Shown: in pieces, positions 45,140-54,298 of the stretch
Numbering within the stretch: the first letter of the stretch is position 1
Layout of the letters: every line of letters starts with the position of its first letter
Assembly: GCA_963839705.1 (NCBI GenBank)
Contig: CAWIWL010000021.1
Span: 221,072 to 285,071 of the forward strand
DNA from: an uncultured Acidobacteriota bacterium
Lineage (GTDB): Bacteria > Acidobacteriota > Vicinamibacteria > Vicinamibacterales > 2-12-FULL-66-21
Direction: 5' to 3'
DNA: 64,000 nucleotides
Notes under the pieces: model-generated
Told to the model about the DNA's origin: nothing
What the model saw: the letters and a program-made list of their open reading frames with translations, nothing else
Database searches by the model: none
Translations under genes and position numbers: made by a program

Positions 45140-45517
45140 ATGAGTGGGGGGTATCCCATGGCTGCGGAAGACAAAGCGACAGACCCGACAGACCTCGTGC
45201 AGGGCACCCTGCACATGCTCATTCTGAAGACGCTCGCGCTCGAACCGATGCACGGGTACGGGATCGGCGTCCGCCTCCAGCAGATCAGCAAGGGCGTGTT
45301 CCAGGTGAACGCCGGATCGCTCTTCCCGGCGCTGCGCCGGCTGGAACGCGACGGCCTGATCAGCGGCGACTGGCGCGTCACCGACAACAATCGGCGGGCG
45401 AAGTTCTACTCGATGACGCCGCAGGGGCGCGCCAGGTTCAGGCGCGAGGCGCGGGACTGGGAGGTTCAGACTGCTGCCATCTCGAGAATCCTGAAGGCGT
45501 CGCTCGGAGAGCTGTGA
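45140..45517 (+). CDS. PadR-family transcriptional regulator
   Basis: GTLHMLILKTLALEPMHGYGIGVRLQQIS......GSLFPALRRLERDGLI is the canonical PadR wHTH. Confidence 0.85.
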   Translation: MSGGYPMAAEDKATDPTDLVQGTLHMLILKTLALEPMHGYGIGVRLQQISKGVFQVNAGSLFPALRRLERDGLISGDWRVTDNNRRAKFYSMTPQGRARFRREARDWEVQTAAISRILKASLGEL

Positions 45518-48192
45518 TGGCGGCCTGGTCACGCTTCAGCGGCGGCATTCGCGGATGGGTCCAGAGACGACGGGTAGACCAGGAGCTCGACGACGAGCTG
45601 CGCGACTACCTGGAGGCCGCCACCGAGCAGAAGATGGCGGCAGGCATGAGCCGCGACGATGCGCGGCGGACCGCTCGCGCGGAGATGGGCAGCGTCGAAG
45701 CCGTGAAGGATCGCGTTCGCGACGTCGGCTGGGAGTCGGTGATCGAGAGCGTCTGGCAGGACGTGCGCTTTGCGCTCCGCATGCTGCGCAAGCAGCCCGC
45801 CTTCGCCGCGGCGGCGGTCGCGACGCTCGCCCTCGGCATCGGCGGCACGACGGCGATCTTCAGCGTCGTCGACGCCCTGTTCCTCCGTGCACCGGACGCG
45901 GTGACCGACGCGGGATCCCTGCGAAGGCTGTATATCAAGCGCGACGCGGGAAGCGTTCAGACGCCAACCGGCTGGACAGGCTCGTGGATCGATTACGTCG
46001 CCATGCGCGACAGTGGTTCTGCGTTTACCGGCATCGCGGCTTACCTGGATCCAGAGCTCGTTGACCTGGGCCGCGGCAGCGAGGTGGAGCAGGTGCGCGC
46101 GAGCGTGGTCTCGCACGATTTCCTGCGCGTGCTCGGGATCCGGCCAGTGCGCGGACGCCTCTTCGTCGCCGACGACGATGGCGCGCCGGGAGCGCACCCG
46201 GTCGCCGTGGTCAGTCACGCCTTGTGGCAGTCACGCTTCGCCGGCGCGTCCGACGCGATCGGCAGGACGCTTCTCGTGAACGGCGTGTTACTGGATGTTG
46301 TGGGAGTGACCGAGAAGGGCTTCATCGGCATCGAGGCGGACGCCGTTGATGTGTGGCTTCCCTCGTCGATGGCCGGACCTCTCGGCCTGGCACGCGCCGA
46401 CGGTGACTGGCGCGAGGGACTAGGTTTCTTTGCGCGCTATGTGGCGCGATTGGCGCCGGGAGCTGAAGAGGCGACCGCCGCGCTCCAGGCGGGGGAGGCG
46501 TTGCGGCTGCGCGCCGCGAACGCGGACCTCGATCCCACGCCGGAAGTCCTGACGTCTCCCATCGTGCTGGCTGCAGCGCAGCGCGATATGGGGGCGGTGG
46601 ATTTGTCGCTGTGGCTGGCGCTTGTCGCCGCTTTCGTGCTCATCATTGCGTGCGCAAACGTTGCGAACCTCCTCCTGGCGCGCGCGATCAAGCGGCGCCG
46701 CGAGCTCGCGATTCGCTTGTCGCTCGGGGCGGGGGCGTGGCGTGTGGCGAGGCAGCATCTCACCGAGAGCGCGGTGCTGGCTCTGCTCGGTGGCATCGCC
46801 GGAGTTGTCGTGGCGTATTGGGCGATCGGACTGATGCAGCAGTTCCCGCTGCCGCCGTCGGCTGGACGCATCGACGCCCGACTGCTCGCGTTCGCATTCG
46901 GGATCTCGCTGCTGACCGGGGTGCTCTTCGGTATCCTTCCCGCAATCCGCGCGGTGAAGGTCGATCCCGGAGTGGCGCTCAAGGACTCGCGCGCCATCGG
47001 CGCGCTGGGACGACACCACACGCGCCATGCGCTGGTCGTGCTGCAAATTGCCTTGTCGCTTGCGCTCCTGGTCGGCGCCGGGTTGTTCGTGCGCTCGCTC
47101 GGAAAGGTGTACGCGACTCGTAGCGGTGTCGACGTCGATCGCACGCTCATCGTGAGGGTCGATCTGCGGCGCGCCGGCTACACGTCAGAGGTGCGTCAGG
47201 CATTCTACGAGAGCGCGCTCTCGCGACTGTCGAGCCTTCCTGGCGTCGAGCGCGCAGCGATCATTCAGCTGGAGCCTTTCCACGGCGGGACACCAATAGC
47301 GTTTTGGGCCAAGCCGGGTGAGTCGACGATGCAGCCGACTCCTGCGACCCTGGCCGTGGCTGGTCCAGGGTACTTCGAGGCGGCCGGCACTCGGCTCCTG
47401 CGCGGTCGTACATTCGAGCCAACGGACCGGCAAGGCGGCGAGCCGGTGGCGGTGGTGAACGACGCGATGGCTCGGATGATCGCGCCGGATGGCGACGCTT
47501 TGGGACTCTGTGTGCCGTTCGATCGACAGGTCCGCCGCGGCGGCTGTAGCCGCATCATCGGAGTCGTCGAATCTCAACGCCGCTTTTACCTCGCCGCCGA
47601 CTTTCAGCCGTTGGTGTTCCTGGCGTGGGCGCAGTCCCCCAATGCCGTTCCCTTCGGCATGCCCTCGCTCATCGTAAGAACACGTAATCCTGGGACGGAT
47701 GCGCCGGCGGTGCGCGCAGCGCTCCAGAGCCTGCGGACCGACTTGCCGTTCGTGTCAGTGGAACCCCTGACCGAGAGGATCCGCCCGGACATCCTCCCGT
47801 TTCGTCTAGGCGCGACTCTGTTCAGCCTCTTCGGTACGCTGGCGCTCGCGCTCGCGGGGGTTGGCCTGTACGGCGTGCTTGGCTACTTCGTCGCCGAGCG
47901 TACGCCCGAAATCGGCATTCGCCGATCGCTCGGCGCGCCGGTCGGCAGCGTCGTCGCGCTCGTCATGCGACAGGGCATCGTGCCCGTTGGCGTCGGCCTC
48001 GTGCTCGGTCTTGCCACAGCTTTCGCCGGGACGCGGTACCTCGAGGCGCTGCTCTTCGGCGTCGAGGCGCGCGACCCCACGTCGTACGCCGGCGCGGTCG
48101 TGTTCCTCGTCTGCATCGCGTTGCTGGCCATGCTCGTGCCCGCGTGGCGCGCCGCACGCGTTGACGCGATGGTGGCGCTGAGGCAGGATTAG
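45517..48192 (+). CDS. MacB/FtsX-type duplicated permease (ADOP-like) with N-terminal cytoplasmic prefix
   Basis: About 890 aa with two FtsX-like 4-TM modules and large periplasmic domains. The prefix ELDDELRDYLEAATEQKMAAGMSRDDARRTARAEMGSVEAVKD is typical of PadR-linked permeases. The ATG overlaps the PadR stop (TGATG). Confidence 0.8.
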   Translation: MAAWSRFSGGIRGWVQRRRVDQELDDELRDYLEAATEQKMAAGMSRDDARRTARAEMGSVEAVKDRVRDVGWESVIESVWQDVRFALRMLRKQPAFAAAAVATLALGIGGTTAIFSVVDALFLRAPDAVTDAGSLRRLYIKRDAGSVQTPTGWTGSWIDYVAMRDSGSAFTGIAAYLDPELVDLGRGSEVEQVRASVVSHDFLRVLGIRPVRGRLFVADDDGAPGAHPVAVVSHALWQSRFAGASDAIGRTLLVNGVLLDVVGVTEKGFIGIEADAVDVWLPSSMAGPLGLARADGDWREGLGFFARYVARLAPGAEEATAALQAGEALRLRAANADLDPTPEVLTSPIVLAAAQRDMGAVDLSLWLALVAAFVLIIACANVANLLLARAIKRRRELAIRLSLGAGAWRVARQHLTESAVLALLGGIAGVVVAYWAIGLMQQFPLPPSAGRIDARLLAFAFGISLLTGVLFGILPAIRAVKVDPGVALKDSRAIGALGRHHTRHALVVLQIALSLALLVGAGLFVRSLGKVYATRSGVDVDRTLIVRVDLRRAGYTSEVRQAFYESALSRLSSLPGVERAAIIQLEPFHGGTPIAFWAKPGESTMQPTPATLAVAGPGYFEAAGTRLLRGRTFEPTDRQGGEPVAVVNDAMARMIAPDGDALGLCVPFDRQVRRGGCSRIIGVVESQRRFYLAADFQPLVFLAWAQSPNAVPFGMPSLIVRTRNPGTDAPAVRAALQSLRTDLPFVSVEPLTERIRPDILPFRLGATLFSLFGTLALALAGVGLYGVLGYFVAERTPEIGIRRSLGAPVGSVVALVMRQGIVPVGVGLVLGLATAFAGTRYLEALLFGVEARDPTSYAGAVVFLVCIALLAMLVPAWRAARVDAMVALRQD

Positions 48193-48335
48193 AAGCCGTC
48201 TCATAAACCTGCAGCTCGTTGCCCCGTGCGAGCGAGCATCGCGAGCGAGCCACGCGAACGGAGCGCGCCGGCGCAGCGGCGCGCGAGGGCGCGTGTCGGG
48301 GAGTCCGAGGGGCGAAGCCCCTCGGTTAAGACTAG
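48190..48335. repeat. dispersed intergenic repeat, copy C
   Basis: It starts on the permease stop codon: TAGAAGCCGTCTCATAAACCTGCAG. It has a GCGAGCGAGC duplication, hairpin GCGCGCCG-GCGCAG-CGGCGCGC, and hairpin CCGAGGGGC-GAA-GCCCCTCGG (48305-48325). It fills the convergent spacer. Confidence 0.85.
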
Positions 48336-48337
48336 AG

Positions 48338-50734
48338 TCACTCGCCCTTCAGCGCGGCGGTTGGATCCACGCGCATGGCCGTCAGCGCTGGTATCGCGGT
48401 CGCCAGAAGGCCGGCCACGACGGCGATTGACGTGACGATCAGGAAGGTCGGCGGATCGAGCGGCGTGATGCCGAAGAGGAGCGCGCTCAAAGTTCCTCCC
48501 GCCAGCGCGGCAAGCGCGAGTCCGCTCACCGTGCCGGCGCCCGTGAGCCAGGTGGCCTGCACCAGGATTGTTCGAGCCACGTCTGCTGGCCTCGCGCCGA
48601 GCGCGACCCGCACGCCTATCTCCCGCGATCGCTCGATAACCCCGAACGCCATCACGCCGTATACGCCCACGAACGCAAGGACGCAGGCAAGGGCGGCGAA
48701 CACGGCGAGCAATACCATGCTCGAGCGGCGCCACGCCCACGTGGAGTCGGCGAGCGACCCGAGGCTCTGCACGGCGCTGATGGGGACGGTGGAGTCGACG
48801 CGTCCCGCCGCGTCGCGGAGCGTCCGCTCCAATCCCTCCGCTGTCGACTGGGTTCGTATGACCAGGCCGAAGAAGGGCCAATACGCCTGCGAGGCCGGCC
48901 GGTAGATCTCAGCCTCGGGATCCTTGGCGAGATCGTGATGACGCGTGTCGCCCACGACACCGATCACCTGCCTTGGTGAGAATTCTCCAAAGTCCGGCAC
49001 CATCAGCGTCTCGCCGACCGGGTCGGCGCCAGGCCAGAGACGCCGTGCTGCCGTTTCGTTCACGACGATCACGCCTGGCGATCCGGGGCCGTCGCGTTCG
49101 TCAAAGCCGCGCCCCCGGCGGATCGGAATGGCCATCGTTCGAAAGTACGCTGGCGTGACGAGCCGGAACTCGGCCAGGCGCGTCTGAGGCGGTTGACCTG
49201 GCAGATTGTGAGGACGAAGCGCGTTGAAGCCCGTGAGGGGAAGCGTGTTGACGGCGGCCGCCGATTCGACCCCCGGCAGCGCCGCGACAGCAGAAACCAG
49301 CCGATCGAGGAACGCGCCGCTCTGCTGCGGTGACGCATATCGATCGCGGGGAAGGAGCAGCTGCGCGGTCACGACGTGGTCGGTGTCGAAGCCAAACGAT
49401 CGATCCTGCAGGCGGGCGAAGCTGCGCACGAGGAGGCCCGCGCCGACGAGCAACAGGACCGACAGCGCGACCTGTGCCGTGACGATGGCGTGCCGCAGGA
49501 GACGCGTGCGGCGATCGCCGGTCGCGCCGCGGCTCGTCCCATGAAGCGAGGCTGCCAACCCGTCGGCGCGCCGAAGCAGCGGCGTGATGCCGAAAAGTAC
49601 GCCGACGGCGATCGTCGCGCACGCCGTTGCCAGGACGACGCGTGCGTCGATCCAGCCGGCGAGGGTGCCGGGCATCGCGATGCTCTGCAATCGAGTGGCG
49701 AGGAGCTTCGGCAGGAGCTGGGTGCCCCACATCGCAACGAGCAGTCCGCCCGCCGCACCAAGACCCGCCAGCGCCAGTCCCTCGGCCAGATGCTGTCGAA
49801 AGAGATCGAGTCTGCGAGCGCCGAGCGCCAGGCGGACGGCTGTCTCGCGCTGCCGGCCCGTCTCGCGCACGAGTAGCAAGCCGGCCACATTCGAAACCGC
49901 GATGAGCAGGAGCACCCCCGCCGTTCCCTGCAGCACCCAGAGAAGTTGTCGTACGTCGCCAACATAGAAGTCACGCAGCGGACGGACCGACGTGGAGAAC
50001 CCCTGGTGCGTGTCCGGGTGTTCCCTGGCCAGGCGATCGGCGATTGAGCGTAGCTCGGCTTCGGCCCGCTCGCGGGTCACGCCCGCGCGGAGTCGGGCGA
50101 CGACCCTGAAAGACCGCTGCTTGCGGTCGTCGAGCGCCGTGCTCGAAAGCCCCGCCGGCGTCCACAGCTGCGCGATCGGATAGGGATGGGCGAAGGATGG
50201 CGGCATCACACCGGTGATCGTGTAGGGCCGCCCATCGAGCTCGACTGCCGTACCGACGACATCGGGTCGCGCGTCGAACCGCCGGCGCCAGAGGCCATCG
50301 CTCAACACGACCAGGTCGTCTCGTCCGGCGCTGCCATCCTCGCGAGTGAACGTACGGCCCATCGCCGGAGGCGTGCCGAACATCGCGAACAGTCCCGGCG
50401 TGAACTGCCAGCCGACCAGTCCCTCCGGCCGGACGGTGCCGGTGACGGTATACGCTCGATCCCAGAACGCTTCGACGGCTTCGAATATCTCCGTCCGCTG
50501 CTGCCAGACGCTCAAGTCGAAGCCCGAGCTCTTCGAGTACTGCCCGCGCTCGGCGTTCCAGGTCGCGATCCACACCAGCCGGTCCGAATTGCTGTAGGGA
50601 AGGGGAGCCAGGAGGACGCGGTTGACGACGGTGAACATCGATGCCGTGGCGCCGATGCCGAGCGCGATGGTCAGGACCGCGATGACGGCAAACCACGGGT
50701 TGCGCCGGAGCGCGCGGAGTGCGGAGATGGCCAT
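48338..50734 (-). CDS. MacB/FtsX-type duplicated permease (ADOP-like), second paralog
   Basis: 798 aa. N-terminus LRALRRNPWFAVIAVLTIALGIGATASMF, two FtsX modules, and C-terminus AMRVDPTAALKGE. Confidence 0.8.
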   Translation of the reverse strand: MAISALRALRRNPWFAVIAVLTIALGIGATASMFTVVNRVLLAPLPYSNSDRLVWIATWNAERGQYSKSSGFDLSVWQQRTEIFEAVEAFWDRAYTVTGTVRPEGLVGWQFTPGLFAMFGTPPAMGRTFTREDGSAGRDDLVVLSDGLWRRRFDARPDVVGTAVELDGRPYTITGVMPPSFAHPYPIAQLWTPAGLSSTALDDRKQRSFRVVARLRAGVTRERAEAELRSIADRLAREHPDTHQGFSTSVRPLRDFYVGDVRQLLWVLQGTAGVLLLIAVSNVAGLLLVRETGRQRETAVRLALGARRLDLFRQHLAEGLALAGLGAAGGLLVAMWGTQLLPKLLATRLQSIAMPGTLAGWIDARVVLATACATIAVGVLFGITPLLRRADGLAASLHGTSRGATGDRRTRLLRHAIVTAQVALSVLLLVGAGLLVRSFARLQDRSFGFDTDHVVTAQLLLPRDRYASPQQSGAFLDRLVSAVAALPGVESAAAVNTLPLTGFNALRPHNLPGQPPQTRLAEFRLVTPAYFRTMAIPIRRGRGFDERDGPGSPGVIVVNETAARRLWPGADPVGETLMVPDFGEFSPRQVIGVVGDTRHHDLAKDPEAEIYRPASQAYWPFFGLVIRTQSTAEGLERTLRDAAGRVDSTVPISAVQSLGSLADSTWAWRRSSMVLLAVFAALACVLAFVGVYGVMAFGVIERSREIGVRVALGARPADVARTILVQATWLTGAGTVSGLALAALAGGTLSALLFGITPLDPPTFLIVTSIAVVAGLLATAIPALTAMRVDPTAALKGE

Positions 50735-51005
50735 GCTAGAAATTTAGCAGCGCGGATACTCTCGCGGCAAGCTCTGCTGGACACACGTTACGATCACGCA
50801 GTTTGAGTCGCGACGGCTGCGTCGAGCTGGTGCCTCCATGTCGAAGTTCCTCCAATGGCAGAGGCACGGCCTATTTGTGGACGTGATCAACGCAACTCCT
50901 TGCTGTGATGATCGTGACTCGTCACGCCCTCCCACTTCTCAACCGCCCAGCACACGGTGTCGCCTCGGCGTCCACTCTGCTGGCAGCGCTTCGAACCTTG
51001 ACTTT

Positions 51006-51022
51006 TGTGCACAGTGTGCACA
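51006..51022 (+). promoter_or_regulatory. two tandem 8-bp palindromes upstream of the DUF433 gene
   Basis: TGTGCACA-G-TGTGCACA, 12 nt before ATG 51034. Confidence 0.4.
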
Positions 51023-51033
51023 CACTTGAGGAC

Positions 51034-51411
51034 ATGAGATCGGCATACGTATCCGGCCGCGTGCCTACGCGTTACGAGCAGTTGGTGACTAAACAGGCAC
51101 GCGCCGCCCGGACCTCAAAGAGCGACCTCGTCGCGCGATACGTCATCGAAAAGAGTCTCGAAACCGAGTTTCCTGGAATTTCCTTTCGCGATTCGCTTTC
51201 AGGCCGCGAAGCGTACCTGACCGGCCATCGCGTCGCCGTCTGGGAAGTCCTCGCGGTGCACGAGGAAACCAAATCGGTAGAGAAGACGGCGATCCACTTC
51301 CGGTGGCCGCGCGTGCTCGTCAAGCGAGCGCTGGCATACGCCAAGGCCTTCCTCGAAGAAATCCACACAGCGCGTGACGAAGAGACCGGTACAGCCTCGG
51401 CTGCTCGCTGA
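51034..51411 (+). CDS. DUF433-domain protein (putative antitoxin-like partner)
   Basis: The N-terminal basic/RHH-like part (KQARAARTSKSDLVARYVIEKSL) is followed by a DUF433-like part: YLTGHRVAVWEVLAVHEETKSVEKTAIHFRWPRVLVKRALAYAKAF. Confidence 0.6.
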   Translation: MRSAYVSGRVPTRYEQLVTKQARAARTSKSDLVARYVIEKSLETEFPGISFRDSLSGREAYLTGHRVAVWEVLAVHEETKSVEKTAIHFRWPRVLVKRALAYAKAFLEEIHTARDEETGTASAAR

Positions 51412-51769
51412 CGAGAATACGTCGCATCGATTCGTCTCGGCCTGCGCGCGTGTGCGCCGAGAGTTTCCCATTGTTCACATCGCGCGGTGGCAAGACGGGT
51501 CCTGGCTTGGCCTGGACGATGCGGCCCTGTTGATCTCGTGCGCCGAAGCCGGTCTGGTGCTTGTCGCCTTCGACCGCGCAACGCTACCGTGGCACGCCGG
51601 CCAGGTGCTGCGCGCGGGAGAAAGTCATGGCGGCCTCATCCTGTTTCGCCGCAGGGTTCGGAGTACCAACTACGGCGAGCAAGCGCGCCTGCTGACCGAG
51701 TTCTGGTTCACTGACGGTCACGCCTGGGACTGGATAAATCGAATCGTCTACCTGCCGAAGTCGCCGTGA
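51374..51769 (+). CDS. DUF5615-family PIN-like protein (putative toxin-like partner)
   Basis: RLLADENTSHRFVSA...LDDAALLISCAEAGLVLVAFDRA...GGLILF resembles DUF5615. GTG start, with a 38-nt overlap with the DUF433 gene. Confidence 0.55.
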   Translation: MTKRPVQPRLLADENTSHRFVSACARVRREFPIVHIARWQDGSWLGLDDAALLISCAEAGLVLVAFDRATLPWHAGQVLRAGESHGGLILFRRRVRSTNYGEQARLLTEFWFTDGHAWDWINRIVYLPKSP

Positions 51770-51907
51770 CCACTCTTGATATCGATCGGGAGAGGCCGAT
51801 CGAAGCCCCCGATCGCGGGAAAAGGGCCACGTCCAAAACTCTTCTCGCGGTGAGCCGCCGCCTGCTCTTGCTCATCACTCTCACAGATGCTCCCCTTCTG
51901 AATCCGC

Positions 51908-51954
51908 TTGACATTATACATGATGCGTGTCATAAATAGATATATGACGGTCAT
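51908..51954 (+). promoter_or_regulatory. AT-rich divergent promoter region with ATGA..TCAT palindromes
   Basis: TTGACA at 51908-51913. Palindromes ATGATGCGTGTCAT (51920-51933) and ATGAC-G-GTCAT (51944-51954). On the minus strand a perfect TATAAT lies at 51913-51918. Confidence 0.45.
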
Positions 51955-52015
51955 CCTCTAAATGACCGGCGGGAGCTCATGACCTCATCGGAGCACCCGG
52001 CGGAGGCTGGAATTA

Positions 52016-52555
52016 ATGAAAGGACGACCCATGACGAACTCGCACAGCCGTACCCTTCTCGACCCGACGGCGAGCGCCGACAGCGCTGCTCGAGCCGAGC
52101 GCGAATTGAACTCCGCCATCGTCAGTGCTGACATCAGCGCGAGCTACGAAGAATTCCTGGCGATCGTCGACCAGTTTTACGCCGACGATGTTGAACTACG
52201 GAGTGACTCGTCGGCAGAGCCGTTGATCGGACGAGCTCGCTTGAAATCTCTTCTGGCGGGCTTTCTTGTGCCGGTTCACGTGATGGCCGAAATTGGCGGG
52301 CTGTCGGTTTCGGTCAGTGAAAGGCCGATTGCCGGCGATTCACTTGACGAGCAGCATTCGCAATGGTCGGTCGAACTCGTGGGCGTAACAGGACGAGCCG
52401 TCCGAGTTAGTTGGTCCGTCCGACGGCGATGGAGGCACTCTCGAGTCGTCGGCGAATATCACTACCACCACCACCAGGAAGGTGAAGCGCTGGGACCCAG
52501 CGATCTTTGCATCCCCGCCTTCAATGGCATGGAAGGGTTTGACTCAGAGTTATAG
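52016..52555 (+). CDS. hypothetical protein, NTF2/SnoaL-like impression
   Basis: 179-aa ORF. YEEFLAIVDQFYADDVELRSD...IGRARLKSLLAGF resembles SnoaL-type folds. It has a His-rich tail (EYHYHHHQEGE). The alternative start is ATG 52031. Confidence 0.35.
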   Translation: MKGRPMTNSHSRTLLDPTASADSAARAERELNSAIVSADISASYEEFLAIVDQFYADDVELRSDSSAEPLIGRARLKSLLAGFLVPVHVMAEIGGLSVSVSERPIAGDSLDEQHSQWSVELVGVTGRAVRVSWSVRRRWRHSRVVGEYHYHHHQEGEALGPSDLCIPAFNGMEGFDSEL

Positions 52556-52723
52556 CGCTCATTGCGATGAAGACCGATCGCACACCGAAATGCGCGCCGA
52601 TGACACCGCCCATTACGGGGCAACACCTACCCGGCGTGTTGCAAGGACTGAGAATAGCCCAAAACTTTCCCGAGTTTGCGTTCGGGAACACTGTGTCGAA
52701 TGACTTCTATAAGGAGACCGAGT

Positions 52724-53584
52724 ATGTCCAAAACAATCCTGATCACAGGCGCTAGCAGCGGCTTTGGCCGTGACACGGCCGAAACCCTGTTCCACGCTGG
52801 CCACACTGTGTACGCCTCGATGCGGAGTGCGCAGGGCAAGAACCGAGAGGCCGCCGAGGCCCTACGGAAGCTTGGCATCAAGACCGTGGAATTAGACGTC
52901 AGCGATGACGCGTCTGTCGAAGCGGGCGTCAAGAAAGTGCTCGCGGAGGCCGGCGAGATCGACGTCCTGGTCAACAACGCCGGCATCGGGTCGGCCGGCG
53001 TAACTGAAGCCTTCACCGCGGAGCAGGCGAAGGTCGTCTTCGATACGAACGTCATCGGGCTCCTTCGCGTCACCCGCGCCGTGCTCCCCTCCATGCGCCA
53101 GAAGCGCGATGGCCTGATCATCAACATCGGCTCGGTCCTTGGCCGCGTCACGTTCCCTTTCTTGGGAATCTATGGTGCGAGCAAGTTTGCCGTCGAAGCG
53201 CTGACCGACAGTCTCCGGTACGAGGTCTCGCAGCTCGGCGTCGAGGTCGTGGAGGTGCAACCGAGCGCTTACCCGACCAACTTTCTCACCAGCATCCAGA
53301 CGCCAGCCGACACCGGAGTAACGAAGTCCTATGGCGAGGTCGGCCAAATCCCCGACGCCATGTTCAAGTCCTTCATGTCAAGGTTTGAGGGCAAGGACGC
53401 CCCGAATCCACACGATGTCGCGGAAGCCGTGGCCAGGCTCGTGGGGCAGTCCAAGGGCAGCCGCGCTGCCCGCACCGTCGTTGGCGCCGCGTTTGGCTCC
53501 GACAAGGCCAACGAGGATATCGCGCCGGTCCAGGCGAAGGTGGTCGAGGCCCTGGGCCTCAGCCATCTCGAAAAAATCGCCTGA
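52724..53584 (+). CDS. short-chain dehydrogenase/reductase (SDR)
   Basis: AAGGAGA SD. TILITGASSGFG, LVNNAGIG and YGASKFAVEAL (YxxxK). Confidence 0.85.
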   Translation: MSKTILITGASSGFGRDTAETLFHAGHTVYASMRSAQGKNREAAEALRKLGIKTVELDVSDDASVEAGVKKVLAEAGEIDVLVNNAGIGSAGVTEAFTAEQAKVVFDTNVIGLLRVTRAVLPSMRQKRDGLIINIGSVLGRVTFPFLGIYGASKFAVEALTDSLRYEVSQLGVEVVEVQPSAYPTNFLTSIQTPADTGVTKSYGEVGQIPDAMFKSFMSRFEGKDAPNPHDVAEAVARLVGQSKGSRAARTVVGAAFGSDKANEDIAPVQAKVVEALGLSHLEKIA

Positions 53585-53593
53585 TGAATCCTT

Positions 53594-53621
53594 CCGGGTC
53601 AGCGGCGTGCCGCTGACCCGG
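53594..53621. terminator. perfect 12-bp GC hairpin after the SDR gene
   Basis: CCGGGTCAGCGG-CGTG-CCGCTGACCCGG, 10 nt after the stop. There is no U-tract on either strand. Confidence 0.45.
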
Positions 53622-53891
53622 CGTCACGCGTCACTTGGGCGTGCCCCCCGCTGGGCTGACGATGAGCGCTCCAATTCTGAACAGCACTGGCGATCTGCGA
53701 CACTTCGCTCACAAGCGAGTCCAGTAACCCGTGCGCATCTCTCCACCTCGACAGGCTGGCGCTCTGTCCGGCCCACAGAGAGAGAAGATCGGTTCTCCCC
53801 AGGCCTGAAGAAATACGAGTCCTGTTCCACTGCGGTGACGAGCGACGCCAGTCGTTCACGGTGCAAACTTGTTCCAGTTGTAAGCCGCAAT

Positions 53892-54042
53892 CGATTCCTG
53901 TGGGATCGACGCCATGGCGATCCAGGAGACCGCGCACGGCATGCGTCGCGAGCGCGAGGGGCCCCGACGATGAAAACGCCTGGCCTGCCTTGACGAATGG
54001 CGTGCGAGCACCGGCAACGATGGCAACTCTATGGCTAGTCAT
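53892..54042 (-). pseudogene. N-terminal stump of a thiolase (acetyl-CoA acetyltransferase) gene
   Basis: MTSHRVAIVAGARTPFVKAGQAFSSSGPLALATHAVRGLLDRHGVDPTGID matches thiolase N-termini. Recognisable similarity is lost after about 50 codons. Confidence 0.5.
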
Positions 54043-54058
54043 GACTCTCTCGCGTTGA

Positions 54059-54298
54059 TCAACGGAGGAACGTGCGCGACCTTTCGTCGGACGGCGTGCG
54101 ACGGTCGACGGGATATGCTCCTCCCTGGCCGATGTCTCCGTCGGCAAGTGCGAGGTTCCGTAACTTCGCGAAGGCGGCCTTGGAAACGCTGCGCGAGGTT
54201 GCAACGACGTTATAGCCACGAGCCAGAAAGGCTTGGACAACAGCCGCTCCGATGCCTTGCGAGGCTCCGGTTGCGATGACTGTCTCTTTGCTTGCCAT
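54059..54298 (-). pseudogene. N-terminal stump of an SDR gene
   Basis: MASKETVIATGASQGIGAAVVQAFLARGYNVVATSRS...LALADGDIGQ, then nonsense and a stop. A ...VPPLINA piece (possibly the NNAG box) is visible in another frame before it abuts the thiolase stump. Confidence 0.55.

Noticed and set aside
45094-50734. PadR plus two large MacB-like permeases as a novel system
   Set aside because: PadR-linked duplicated orphan permeases are, to my knowledge, a well-known expanded family in Acidobacteria. The arrangement here is ordinary apart from the repeat element filling the convergent spacer.
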